From assembly GCF_006345805.1 (NCBI RefSeq), contig NC_042999.1, forward strand, positions 36,704,001-36,768,000: a stretch of 64,000 nt of DNA, read 5' to 3'. How positions within the stretch are numbered: the first letter of the stretch is position 1; the number at the start of each line of letters is the position of its first letter. This stretch comes from Octopus sinensis (Eukaryota). This document shows, piece after piece, positions 1 through 12,860 of this stretch. The notes beneath the pieces were generated by a model that saw only the letters and a list, made by a program, of their open reading frames with translations, was not told the DNA's origin and made no database searches. A program made the translations under genes and the position numbers.

Positions 1-994
1 AATGACTGAAACTAATAAAAGATAAACGATAGCTAAGGAAAAATCTAGTTTTTCTTTGCCAACAAAAAGACAACTTTAGACATGTTTCAGTTTTATTGGA
101 GATCAAGCTAACATGATCGATCAACAAAGGATTTTTGGCAAGGAATAATTTACAGTGATCTAAGGCAAATAACTCAAGTGGCTCAATAACATGGATTTAG
201 ATATATCAGGTAGTGGCTGATGTACTGAATGATCTATACAAAATATTCCCAAATAATTGAAATATCCATGTTAAAAAAAAGAAATCAAAAATAGGGGTAG
301 TTGTTGGTGACTGTCAAAGAAAAAGGGAAAATAATTTCTAGAAATATGAAATTAATTTACACATCAAAGAGAAAAATCTGATGCTTGTTTACTGGTAAGA
401 GGGATAAATTTGGACAAATTTTGGTCTTGAAACTTGTCAAAATCTCAAAACAGTCTTGCATAGATTATACTATGTTGATGAGATCTAATAAGACTGAAGC
501 ATGTCTAGAATTGTCTTCTTGCTAGCAAATAAAGATCAGGTTTTCTCCTTAAGTATCTTTTATCTTTTACTTATTTCAGTTACATGTTGGGTCAAATGCC
601 TCAAAGGATTTTAGTAAAAAAAAAATCACCCTCATTACTTAACTCTGGTGCTCATTCTATCAGACTCTTTTGCCAAGCCACTACGTTAAGGGGACATGAA
701 CAAACCAACACCAGTTGTCAAGTGGTGATGAGGGACAACACATAAAGACACATATATACACACAGTTTGCATCTACCAAATTCACTTACAAGACACATGT
801 TGGCCCAGGACTGTTGTAGGTGCTTGCCTAAGGTACTGTGCAATGGGACTGAACCCAAAACCACATGGTTGCAAAGCAAGCTTCTTAACAACACACCTTT
901 GCCTGTACCTAGAGGCAACTATAAGCATCTTTTACTTGTTTCAGTCATTAGACTGTGGCCATGCTGGAGCACCACCTTGAATATACAATTATAT

Positions 995-1320
995 TTTGGA
1001 GTGGCTGTGTGGTAACTAGCTTGCTTATCAGCCACATGGTTCTGGGTTCAGTCCCACTGTGTGGCACCTTGGGCAAGTGTCCTCTACTATAGCCTCGGGC
1101 CAACCAAAGCCTTGTGAGTGGATTTGGTAGCAGCATCACTTGACAACCGATGCTGGTGTGTTTACATTCCCATTACTTAGCTGTTCGGCAAAAGAGACCG
1201 ATAGAATAAGTTCTAGGCTTACAAAGAATAAGTCCTGGGGTCGATTTGTTCGACTAAAGGCGGTGCTCCAGCATGGCCACAGTCAAATGACTGAAACAAG
1301 TAAAAGAGTAAAGAGTTTCT
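995..1320 (+). mobile_element. tRNA-derived SINE family A (representative copy; about 20 full or partial copies on both strands)
   Basis: Head ggagtggctgtgtggtaa...ggttcagtcc with A/B-box-like motifs, 3' end gactgaaacaagtaaaagag. The same sequence recurs at e.g. 10127-10580(-), 12055-12425(-), 20683-21063(-), 23465-23862(-), 34395-34785(+), 35470-35785(-), 55295-55530(-). Confidence 0.85.
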
Positions 1321-1529
1321 ATTGAGAGTTGATAATTACTGTTAGATTTTCCTTCTCTTTTTTTTTGCTTTCTTTTTTTTTCCTTTAACTGAGAGGAATC
1401 TAACTTTATTTAGGATTTCTTTTGTGTGAACATCATTCATTACCTAGATTAGTTAGGTAAATTTATACCGTTTATCAGCTAGAGTTAATTCCTTTAGGGT
1501 ATTCAACTCATGTTCATGAGGTTACAAGT

Positions 1530-1828
1530 GGAGGTACGTGGCCTAGTGGTTAGAGCAGCGGACTCGCAGTCGAGGGATTGCGGGTTCGAAACTCAGACTG
1601 GGTGATGTGTGTGTTTATGAGCGAAACACCTAAGCTCCATGCGGCTCCAGCAGAAGGTAATGGCAAACTTCTGCTGACTCTTTCACCACAATTTTGTCTC
1701 GCTCTTTCCTCCTGCATCTTGCAGCTCACCTGCGATGGATCGGTGTCCCATCCAGGTGGGGAACCTATATGCCAAGGAAACCGGGAAACCAGCCCTTATG
1801 AGCCAGGCATGCCTCAAGAAGGAACAAA
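1530..1828 (+). mobile_element. tRNA-derived SINE family C with 15-bp TSD
   Basis: tRNA-like head tggcctagtggttagagcagcgg...ggttcgaaac. Flanked by an exact direct repeat catgaggttacaagt (1515-1529, 1829-1843). Other copies at 3677-3920(-), 18090-18348(+), 21477-21780(-), 29235-29515(-), 31327-31560(+). Confidence 0.85.
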
Positions 1829-2427
1829 CATGAGGTTACAAGTTCAATTCCTAGACCATATAGTATATTCTATCCTTCAGCAAACCAATCCATTTCATGT
1901 TACTCCACTCTGTTTCACTGTAATACGTACAGATATGTGCCAGTGCCATCCTCAATCTCTCCATATTCTGGATGCTCCACTGGGTTGAAGGTAAAAAGGC
2001 CAAGATGATGCCTGTGTCTGCTTACAGCTACATAGACACCTAAATTGGTAGAAGCATGATTCATGCTATCAGACCATTCTTACTTGCTTGCAAGTAATGA
2101 CTGACTGCATATATACTTCACCTTTTAAGATGGTAGGATGTTATTCGAAGGCAGTTTGGTTGCTATTTCAAGTGATCATGTAGAGGCTTGTTGTCCCTCT
2201 AGATATGGGAAATATAAAGAGTATCTATATGTGTGTGTAGATAGAGAGAGGGAGAGAGAGAGAGAGAGATGTGCAGGCTCATAGCTATATGGTTAAGAAG
2301 CTGACTTTGCAACCACATGATTTCAAGTTCAGTCCCTCTGAAGGCACCTTGGGCAAGTGTCTTTTACTATGTCCCCAGGCCAGCCAAGGCTTTGTGGGTG
2401 AATTTAGTTGACAGAAACTGAATGGAA

Positions 2428-2652
2428 AGTGGTGAGCTGGCAGAAGCATGCTGGGCAAAATGCTTTGCGGTATTTCGTCTGCCGTTACATTCTGAGTTCA
2501 AATTCCGCCAAGGTTGACTTTGCCTTTCATCCTTTTGGGGTCGATAAATTGAGTACCAGTTACGCACTGGGGTCAATGTAATCAACTTAATCCCTTTGTC
2601 TGTCCTTGTTTGTCCCCTCTATGTTTAGCCCCTTGTGGCCAATAAAGAAATA
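2428..2652 (+). mobile_element. tRNA-derived SINE family B1 nested in a family A copy
   Basis: Head gtgagctggcagaa...gagttcaaattcc and central gactttgcctttcatcctttyggggtcgataaa domain. TSD agaaactgaatggaa at 2413-2427 and 2653-2667. Confidence 0.85.
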
Positions 2653-4477
2653 AGAAACTGAATGGAAGTCCATTGTGTATATGTGCATGTGTGTGTGTGT
2701 GTGTCTATGTTTGTCCCCTACACCATTTGACAATAGGTGTAGGTTTGTTTACATCTGTCTTAGGAGTCCAACAAGAGAGACTGATAGAACAAGTATAAGA
2801 CTTAAAGGTAAAATAAGAACTGGGGTTGATTTGTTTGACTAAAACCCTTCAAGGTGATGCCCCAGCATGGCTTCAATTCAATGACTGAAACAAGTAAAAG
2901 AAAAGAAAAGAAGATATGTATATATTTGTGTCTCTCTGTTTGTCCCCCAACATCGCATCTCGGTCACTTAGCAGTTTGGTAAGAAAGACCAATAGAATAA
3001 GTACTAGGCTTACAAAGAATAAGTCCTGTGGTCAATTTGCTTGACTAAAGGCAGTGCTCCAGCTTGGCTGCAGTCAATTGACTGAAACAAATAAAAGAAA
3101 AAAAAAGGAAAATACTAACATCAGCAGATGGAAAATACAACTGGAAGCTGCTGTGTGTATCTGAAAAGCTCAGAAAGAAGTGGTAGACCCTCATTATGTA
3201 ACAGATAGGGAACTGGTAATTAAGGAACCAAGAGGAAAGATGGATGAATGCTTAAGAGAGGACGGGCAATTTGAGACTTAGGGTGAGAGCAGAAGAGACT
3301 ATCTTACAACTGTTGATAATGCTTGACTGAACGAATGAGACAAAGGTAGATATTGGAGGTAGTGTTGTTGGTGGTGGTGATGGTGGGGGGGGGGGGGGTC
3401 AATGATGACAAGATGATTATACTGTTCTTTAGACTCAAGTCACCCATGATCATGTAGATCTATGATAAAAAGACCTCTAGTTGTCACCTCCCTATATTTA
3501 ATTTTTTTTTCTTTCTACAGATGTAGCCTATATAAGACTACATTATCCAATGTATCTTTTTTTTTTAATTCATAGGGTGTGATTTAACCCTTTTATTGCA
3601 CAAATCAGATATGTTTACTCAAAATTTCATTACATTTAACTGCAGAAAGTAGTTTGTATATTAAAAATATAAATAAATGCGCCCTTTTAAAGCCTAGCGA
3701 GGCTCATGGGCCCGGTTTCCCGGTTTCTATGGCGCATGTGTTCCCCAGCTGGACGGGACGCCAGTCCATCACTGCGTTACTCATTTTTGCCAGCTGAGTG
3801 GACTGGAGCAATGTGCAATGAAGTGTTTTGCTCAAGAACACAACAAATTACCCGGTCCAGGAATCGAAACCTCAATCTTACGATCATGATGCTGACACCC
3901 TAACCACTAAGCCACGCGCTTTTACAGTTTATATATAAATCTATCTTTTATTGAGGAATATCATGTTTGAAACCAATTTTTGTTGAGATATGTCAAGTTT
4001 ATTGAGGCAACAAGACAAGCAGAAAATAGCCTTTTTTTGTTTGTTTTTGGTAGATATTTAACATGATTTCTGGAATAAACATGAAATTGAATTTTATTGT
4101 TAAAGAATTAAGAAAGTTTTGGCTGCAGTTTCTAGAACATTGTGTGCAACAATGTAGAGGCTTAAGTGGTGCTGGTGCCACATAAAAAGCACCCAGTACA
4201 CTCTGTAGAATGGTTGGCATTAAGGACATCCAGCTGTAGAAACCATGCCAAAACAGACTATAGAACCTGGTACAGTCCTTAGCCATGCCAGTTCCTGTGA
4301 AGCTGTCCAACCCATGCCAGCATGGAAAACAGATGTTAAATGTTGTTGTTGATAATGATGATGATTGTGATGTTGATGACAATGATGATGATGATGACAA
4401 CAATCATTTGTTTTCAAAGTGCTCATTTTCTTTTTTCTTTTCTTTTCTTTTTTTTTTTGTATTGATATATTTTTCAG

Positions 4478-4578
4478 AGTCCAGACAGTTTATGCCACAA
4501 AGACTGTATAGATGGCTGTCATGGAGAAACAGCATTTGACTGTAAAGCTTGTAAATACTTCAAATTACATTCAAATGG
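4478..4578 (+). CDS. Furin/PCSK5 (furin-2)-like proprotein convertase, Cys-rich repeat exon (first exon visible in window)
   Basis: Polypyrimidine tract and ttttcag acceptor at 4477, donor gg|gtgagt. Reads SPDSLCHKDCIDGCHGETAFDCKACKYFKLHSN(G), a furin-like CxxxCxxGCxGxxxxxCxxC repeat. Phase 2 exit matches the next exon. Confidence 0.85.
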
Positions 4579-4764
4579 GTGAGTAATGTGTCTCTGCTTG
4601 TCCATTTACTCTTGTAATGTATTAATTTCTTTTGCAACTACTACTACTACTACTGCTATCACCACCACCACCACCACCACTATTACTACTACATGGTGGT
4701 GGATTGGTAGAATGTTTAGAGCATCAGGTGAAAAAAAAAGCTGTGTGGAATTTCTTCTAGTTAT

Positions 4765-5200
4765 CAATCGAAATCGAAATTGAACCAATCCTATGACTGG
4801 CACCCGGCAGATGCCAGGACCCCTGGACTGGAGATACGTAAAAAGCACTATCCAAATCGTGGCCGATGCCAGCGCCGCCTCGACTGGCTTCCATGTCAGT
4901 GGCACATAAAAAGCACCATCCGAATCGTGGCCGAAGCCAGTGCCGCCTTAACTGGCTTCCATGCTGGTGGCACGTAAAATGCACCAATGCGATCGTGGCC
5001 ATTGCCAGCCTCGCCTGGCACCTGTGCAGGTGGCACGTAAAAAGCACCCACTACACTCACGGAGTGGTTGGCGTTAGGAAGGGCATCCAGCTGTAGAAAC
5101 ACTGCCAGATCAGACTGGAGCCTGGTGCAGCCTTCTGGCTTCCCAGATCCCTGGTCGAACCGTCCAACCCATGCTAGCATGGAGAACGGACGTTAAACAA
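4765..5200 (+). mobile_element. 5'-truncated RTE 3' UTR (modular repeats plus terminal segment)
   Basis: Repeated gtggcacgtaaaaagcacc modules followed by ggcgttaggaagggcatccagctgtagaaa...catgctagcatgg. This is the same sequence as the 3' end of the RTE at 45970-51360. Confidence 0.75.
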
Positions 5201-7048
5201 TGGTGGTGGTGGTGGTGGTGAGCTGGCAGAATCATTAGCATGTCAGGTGAAATGCTTAGTAGCATTTCGCCTGTCTTTACATTCTGAGTTCAAATTCTGC
5301 CATGGTTGACTTTGCCTTTCATCCTTTCAGAGTCAATGAATTAAGTACCAGTTGAACACTGGGGTCGATGTAATCGACAAACCTTTTCCCCTAAATTTCA
5401 GGCCTTGTGTCTTTAGTAGAAAGGATTATTATTATTATTATTACCATTTAGGCAGTGTGCTGGCAGAATCAATAGCATCTCACACAAAATGCTTAGATTC
5501 AGCTAAGGTTAACTTTGCATTTCATCGTCAAGGGGGGGGGGTCATTAAAATAAGGACCTGTTGAATATAGGAGGCAATGTAATCTATTTATCTCCTTCCC
5601 CAAAATTGCTTGCCTTGTGGCAAAATTTTAAACTATTATTATTCTTATTAAAGGGTGGTTGATTGGTAGTCATTAGAGTGATAGAAGAAATACCTTGTGG
5701 TATTTCTTCCAATTCTTTACATTCTGAGTTCAAATTCTGCTGAATCAACTTTTGCCTTTTATCTTTTTAGAGTCAAAAAAATACAGGAATATTTAAGTAC
5801 TGGGGTTGATGGTATTGTCCACAAAAAATTGTTGACCATGTACCCAAATTAGTAACAGCATCAATCACAAAGCAGCCATAGCTTATTTTTCAATTATTAA
5901 ATATTATTCTTTGAATATGGTGATTTATTGAATAGCTTGAATTCTTTACCATTTCTTTCCTAACCTTAAATGTAGCTGGTTGTGTAGTAAGAAGTTTGAT
6001 TCTGAAGCACCTTTCTTGGATTCAGTCCCACTGCATGGCACCTTGGGCAAGTGTCTTCTAATATAGCCATGAACCTACCAAAACCTTGTGAGTGGATTTG
6101 CTAGGCAGAAACTGAAAGAAGCCTGTTTAATGTGTGTGTGTTTGTGTTTATGACTGTCCCTCACTGTCACTTCACAACCAGCATTGATTTGTTTACATCC
6201 CTATAACTTAGTAGTTCAGCAAATAACATTGATCAAACAAGCAGCAAACTTTAATTCAGATTATTCTGTCAAATATAATGCCTTATTTATTCACATTGTT
6301 TTGAAGTTATCTTGCATTATTTTGTAACTTCCAGATTTCAATGATGTGATTGTTTATTTTTACAAGGACATTGTAGGTGAGAGCCTGGATCTGGTTGTTT
6401 GAACATAAAATAGGTAGAATATCTTGGCCAGATATGGCCTATTTAAATGCTAAAGAGTTAAAAAAAAAAAAGAACAAATAAGTGCTGGGTTGATTTATTT
6501 GACTAAAACATTTCTGGGTAGTACTCCAGCATGGCTGCAATCCAGTGACTAAAACAAGTATAAATAAAAGATATATCTTTTGCTATTTGAAGCCATTGAG
6601 AAAGCAAGCCATTATATCTGGTTCAAGAGAAAGGATGAACAGTGTGCAAGAACAAGCATTGAAGAGGGTAGAAGCATCTAGCCTAGAGTCACAAAATCTG
6701 ACTCAACAAAGCTTGTGCTGTTGTGTGGGAGCTTTGTTGCTTGTGTCAGTTGGTGGCCCCACCCCACCACCCCAGACAACTCTGGTATCATAGTGGAAGG
6801 GGACAAAAAACCTACAGATCTGCCTTCCCACCTGATGATATATCAACTACTGCATTTGGAGACAGATTACAGCAGCACCTTCAATACACAAGTGTTTACC
6901 CTAAAATTACCTATATCAGGGGTCCTCGACAGGTGCTCTCATCCTGGGCAGACAAGAAGTTAATGATGACTAAGACATAGCTCTATACTCTCCCCCAAAC
7001 TTATCACTACTAAATGCAATTTAATATCTTGCTCAGGTTCACTAAATA

Positions 7049-7529
7049 CCATAAATCCTCGAGTATAGTCCGCCCTTGAGTATAATATGCAGGGGATTTT
7101 TAGGGGTCTGTACCTCTGAAAAACCTAAACCTTGTGTATAATATGCACCCCTTCTCTAACTTGAGTCAAGGAGGTCTATATAACGTCCTTGGTTTGTAAA
7201 AATGTATACAGTAACATCTTTTATTATTATTGTATATATAACATAATGCAAATGTGTAGCTTTTTTGTGCATTTTGTTTACAGAAAATAAAGAAATAACA
7301 GTAATAACATTTAATAGATGTTGCTAACTGCAAGTTATGGATGATTTAAGGTATTTTTGCGCCGTAATCACAAAATGCATCTGAATAAACATTGCCGGAC
7401 AGCAAATAGAGACTCGGATATTGCATAGAAAATAATTTTCATTTCTAACCTTGTATATATAGTATGCACTAGGGATTTTGACCTTTAAATTTTGGGGAAA
7501 AAGTGCGGATTATACTCGAGGATTTACAG
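7049..7529. mobile_element. Tc1/mariner-superfamily MITE (pogo/Tigger-like)
   Basis: 25-bp TIRs ccataaatcctcgagtatagtccgc and gcggattatactcgaggatttacag (22/25 match), flanked by TA at 7047-7048 and 7530-7531. No coding capacity seen. Confidence 0.8.
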
Positions 7530-7618
7530 TACTTACACAACATTGCAACTGGCAAAATTCCAGTATTTTCCAGTCATGTTTCGTTCTAAACTTCTCACTC
7601 TTTTCTATTTGTTTCAAG

Positions 7619-7758
7619 GAAATGTGTTTCATCTTGCCCGAAAGGTTTCTATGGTAACCCTGAGACACAACTATGCCATCACTGCATAGATCAGTGTCAA
7701 CTTTGCACCGGACCACTAGTGACCAACTGTAAATCATGTGAAGATGGATTTTATATGG
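7619..7758 (+). CDS. Furin/PCSK5-like Cys-rich repeat exon
   Basis: tttcaag acceptor, g|gtaatg donor. Reads (G)KCVSSCPKGFYGNPETQLCHHCIDQCQLCTGPLVTNCKSCEDGFYM. Phase 2 in, phase 1 out. Confidence 0.9.
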
Positions 7759-7989
7759 GTAATGTATAACTTCTCTCTCTATATATATATATATGTGTGT
7801 GTGTGTTTATGTTCACTTCTAATAAAAGCAATTTTGTATTAATTTGATGAGTTACTCTATATTATTCTTCATCAAGAATATTGTTGGTAGTGACTTCAAA
7901 GTTTCTGATGATAGCTTAGCTGGCCAAAACTTCAAAGTCACTGTCAACAACATTCTTGTTTGAGAATCATAAATAAAAATATATATTTA

Positions 7990-8020
<31 letters not shown>

Positions 8021-8295
8021 TCATACATGTGTGCACACACACACTCTCTCTCCCTCCCTCTCTCTTTTCTCTCTCTCCCTCCCTCTCTCTTCTCTCTCTC
8101 CCCCTTGCCCTCTCCCTCCCTCCCTCTTCTCTCCCCTCCCCCTCTTTCTTCTCTCTCTCTCCCTCCCTCCCTCTCTCTTCTCTCTCCCCCTCTCTCTCTC
8201 CCTTCCTCCCTCTCTCTTCTCTCTCTCCCTCCCTCCCCTCTTCTCTCTCCCCCTCCCTCCCTCTCCCTTCTCTCTCTCCCTCCATCCCTCTCTCT

Positions 8296-8331
<36 letters not shown>

Positions 8332-8332
8332 A
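7990..8332. repeat. Compound (GT)n / (CT,CCCT)n / (CA)n microsatellite
   Basis: Directly visible. It explains the spurious CVCV, SLSL and EREG ORFs. Confidence 0.95.
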
Positions 8333-8955
8333 CCTTGAATTAGTTCAGATTTGGAGTTACTGCTTTCATAGCCTGATTACCTGTAGCTCAGTGTGCAGAA
8401 TCCATGTTCCATTCCTTCCTTTCATTTTTTTTCTTTTTTGACATATATAAACTGTGAAGGCGCATGGCCTAGTAGTCAACCTGTTACACTTACAATTGCA
8501 GGATTGTGCTTCCTCTCCCAGACTAGCAGTGCATTGTGTTCTTGAGCAAAACACGTCATTTCACATTGCTCCAACCTTATCAACCGAAAATAAGTAACCC
8601 TGTGCTGGTGTTTCATTCAGTGAGGATGTTGGCCTATACACCATGTCAGCAGGGTGGTATTTGAAAGCTGCAACAATGCCGGGGGTTGTATTGTAACCAG
8701 GACAGGCAAAAGGAAGTGTGGGGCCCAATTAGAGAATTGTCAGTAAGGCCCTCTACTCTATAAAAGCTGAAGATTAATGTTTTATGTTTCATGTAGTATG
8801 CCAGTCCCAGCTAAAAAGCATTGAAAGCTTGAGGCTCTACCATTTACCATAATGATATACTAAAAATTTATCATAACGTCCTCTGCTTGAGAGTGTGTGT
8901 GAGGCCATCTCTTGGCACAAAGCCTAATTTGAACAAATCTATATAATTGGCTTAA

Positions 8956-9177
8956 CCCTTTTGTTACCATATTTCTATTGAGATGCTCTGTGTTTCTTTC
9001 AATTGATTTTAAATATAACAAAGAATTTAGTAAAATAACTTAGTTATCATTCAGCTTGTGTTAGGAACATAAATTGTGACTAAGGTTTGGTGGAAGATTT
9101 TAATTCAAAACTTATGAAAACAAGACATTTGTACTACAGAGCCAGAGCCGGTTTCAGCCAGGTTGGTAACGAAAGGG
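8956..9177. mobile_element. piggyBac-like MITE
   Basis: TTAA-cccttttgttacc ... ggtaacgaaaggg-TCAA. 13-bp TIRs (12/13 match) with a near-TTAA target site. Confidence 0.7.
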
Positions 9178-9260
9178 TCAAATCCAACAATAGCCTGCTT
9201 GATACTGTGATACTGTAATAAACTAATTGTTTTAAATTGCCATCTTATTTTCTTTTGCAG

Positions 9261-9420
9261 ACAAAGCCAACCAGAAATGTAGCCCTTGTAAAAAACCCTG
9301 TGATACTTGTCAACATAATGCCAGCAACTGTACTTCGTGTTCGAAAGATTACAGACTGTCTGGAAACACATGTGTACAGACAAGTGTGTGTGCCGCCTCT
9401 GAATACCGTGTTGATGGAGA
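9261..9420 (+). CDS. Furin/PCSK5-like Cys-rich repeat exon
   Basis: tcttttgcag acceptor, ga|gtaagt donor. Reads (D)KANQKCSPCKKPCDTCQHNASNCTSCSKDYRLSGNTCVQTSVCAASEYRVDG. Phase 1 in, phase 2 out. Confidence 0.9.
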
Positions 9421-9561
9421 GTAAGTAGCTCTTTAAAGGTTTTGTGTTTGTGTGTGTGTGTATATCTGTACCATCATCATCACCATTTAAAATCCACCTT
9501 CCATGATGGCATGGATTGGATGGTTTGACAAGAGCTGGCCAGGCAGAAGATTGTACCAGAC

Positions 9562-9805
9562 TGTACAAGGTGGCGAGCTGGCAGAAACGTTAGCACGCCG
9601 GGCAAAATGCTTAGCTGTATTTCGTCTGCCATTATTATGTTCTGAGTTCAGATTCCGCCAAGGTCAACTTTACCTTTCATCCTTTCGGGGTTGATAAATT
9701 AAGTACCAGTTACGCACTGGGCTCAATGTAATTGACTTAATCCCCTTTGTCTGTCCTTGTTTGTCCCCTCTATGTTTAGCTCCTTGTGGGCAATAAAGAA
9801 ATAAG
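9562..9805 (+). mobile_element. SINE family B1 nested in a minus-strand RTE tail
   Basis: Same body as 2428-2652. Near-exact TSD aagaYtgtaccagac at 9547-9561 and 9806-9820. Confidence 0.8.
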
Positions 9806-10353
9806 AAGACTGTACCAGACGTCTGTGACTGTTTTGGCATGGCTTTTACAGCTAGATGCCCTTCCTAACACCAGCCATCCTGCAGAGTGGACTGAGTGCT
9901 TTTTATGTGACACCAGCAAGACAAGGTCAGTTTTGGCATGGTTTTTACAGCTGGATGACCTTCCAAATGCCAACCACTTTACAGTATGGACTGGATGCTT
10001 TTGTAAATGGCACCAGTACTGACAGGGTCACCTAGTAACTTGCAAGACAAAGAATTCTGTGAGAGAAGTAATTCCATTTTGATGAACTAAAAATATACTC
10101 AGAAAGACAGTTTACTTCTATGTATATTCTTTTACTTGTTTCAGTCATTTGACTGCGGCCATGCTGGAGCACCACCTTTTTTTTTTTTAGGTTGAGCAAA
10201 TCAACCCTGACACTTATTCTTTGTAAGCCTTGTACTTATTCTATCGGCCTCTTTTGCTGAACCGCTAAGTTACGGGGACATAAACACACCACCATCAGAT
10301 GTCAAGCGATGTTGGGGGGGACAAACACAGACACACAAACATATATATATATA

Positions 10354-10418
<65 letters not shown>

Positions 10419-10593
10419 TACGATGGGCTTCTTTCAGTTTCCGTCTGCCAAATCCACTCACAAGGCTTTGGTCGGCCCAATGCTATAATAGAAGACACTT
10501 GCCTAAGATGCCACACAGTGGGAATGAGCCCAGAACCGTGTGGCTGGTAAGCAAGCTACTTACCACACAGCCACTCCTGCGCATATATATATA

Positions 10594-12007
10594 TCTCTTA
10601 TTATAAAAGGCAGATTTTATCTGCCTCCATTTGTAACTTATAGAAATCTACAATATAGGATTTCTTCAATTACAATTTACCTAGCATTTTTAAGAGTAAA
10701 ATGCATCGGGTCATGCCAGGTCCAGTTTTTAAAATTTAAACTCCAATTAAGCAAAATTTACAGAAAACTCACATTCTGGTGTGTATGTCAAATGCTTTTC
10801 TTAATGTGGTTTACACCACACGCACACGCACACACACAGTATGCAACGAATAAAATGAAAGTAAATAGCGACAGAGTGATTTGAGGAAGACTAAACTGAA
10901 AGTATTTAAACCACTACTCAAAAAATAAAAAAACACAGCAAACAGAAACAAATAAATACATAACGATTTACTCCTCACACAATTTCTTCAATTAGAGTTT
11001 ACCTAAGATTTTTCAAAGTACTCCATTCGCTCATGCCATAATATATTTCTTTCAATTTCACCCCCAATTAAGACAAAATTCGAGAAAACTCAATATTTTA
11101 ACATTTCACTCCGAAAGCATTGATGTACATGTGTGCGTGCGTGAGTGTGTGTGTGTGTGTGTTTGATGGGTTGTGCGACACAGAAAGTGTGGTGTGTATA
11201 ATTTGCGAGCGTACTTCTAAGCGCGCGTAATTGAAAGTTTTCACTATGATATCATCACGTGCGAAAAAATTCGAAGGGTTTTGAACAATTGAGATACAGA
11301 TGTCACGCCTGTATTGAAACCATTGCTAAGCTGCCGTAATTGCTTAATTAAGACTTTGTTTAAATTGAAAGGGGCAAATATGTGACGAGGTTGAAAAAAA
11401 ATACCCCAGAAAAAAAAATGTACTGCTGGTATTTATATAATTCACTACTATTTTGCTACAATGTCATGAAAAAGAAAAAATTTAGGTATGTAAATCGAAT
11501 TCGCCACCCCCTTTTCCCCGTTCGCGTTTGTGTAAAAAAAATTATTATTTAAGTTTTAAAAATTATTTACTTTGTTCAAAAAATATTAATATTAATTAAT
11601 TTTCAAGAATTATTTAATTTTATTCTGTAAAATAGTAATTAATTCATTTATCTGTAAATCCGCGAGGCTGTTACTCAGGCACCTAGAATGGTAACCTTCA
11701 ACTAACACTATCTCCTCCGAGACCCTGCAGCGCAAGTTGACCAAAATTGAGAGTATGGTAGAAGAAGGGTTGCTCTTCCTTCCGTAGAACATAAAATTCA
11801 AATCGGACCATGTTAACACCAAAAATTATTTACATCAAAAAGATGCTTTTTTCTATGAAAATCCCTATTTTTTACGATTTTTTCACTGCTGTGTCGCCAC
11901 TTTTCAGTGTATTTCGACCAGAAAAATGTTCACAAAATTTTTACTTTTCAAAATTACAATTCCAGCGGGTCGAAACAAACCCGAGCAACGCTGGGCGATA
12001 CTGCTAG
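10594..12007 (+). mobile_element. Non-autonomous Helitron-like element
   Basis: 5' A|TC(tcttattataaaaggc). 3' hairpin cccgagcaacgctggg (11980-11995), then 8 nt, then CTAG|T. Inserted in a (TA)n run with no TSD. Confidence 0.75.
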
Positions 12008-12275
12008 TATATATATATATGTGTGTGTGTATATGTATAAATACAAATCTTATTTTTTACCTTCTACTTGTTTCAGCTATTAGCCTGTGGCCATGCTGGA
12101 GGCACCACCTTGAAGAATTTTAGTCAAATAAATCAACCCCAGTATTTACAATTTTATTTTTCAAAGCCTGGTACATATTCTATTGGTCTCTTTTGTGAAG
12201 CATTAAGTTACAGGGGCATAAACACACCAACACTGGTCTTCAAGTGCTGGATGGGGAACAAACAAAGACGCACAC

Positions 12276-12319
<44 letters not shown>

Positions 12320-12860
12320 TCATCATCATCATCATCATATGTATATATATATCTGGTGTGTTTACATCCCTGATGTAAACACACCAACACCGGCTGTCAA
12401 GTGGTTAAGGGAGACAAACACAGAGACACACACAGATATATAATCATTACATCAATTTAAAATCTAGAGCAATCTTCAGCTGCACAAAGACATAGAATTT
12501 AATTAAATTAGAACAGATGGACATATTAGTATAATTATACCTAAAATCTCCAAGAAGTTAAGGAGATAGATAAAGAACATGTTGTACCTACAACAGCATA
12601 GTCTTTTGCCATTCAGCAAAAGAGGCCAACAGAATAAGTACAAGGTTTTTAAAAAAAAGAAAAATAAGTTCTGGGGCCAATTTGTTCAACTAAAACCCTT
12701 TGAAGCAGTGCTCCAGTATGGCCACAGTCAAATGACTGAAACAAGTAAGCGACAAAAGATATCTTTACTTATATGTGGACATTCTTTGTCTGAATAAGCT
12801 TTTGATTTAACCTGACAATTTTACCTGTTATAATAAATTCTCTTTTTTTATCTTTTCCAG

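Noticed and set aside
1530-1600. tRNA genes at SINE heads
   Set aside because: A/B-box-like motifs are present, but there is no complete cloverleaf and the sequence continues into SINE bodies found in many copies.
7944-8441. Several 110-150-aa ORFs (CVCV, SLSL, EREG)
   Set aside because: These are translations of microsatellites. The same applies to the YIYI, poly-I, poly-L and poly-N ORFs throughout the window.
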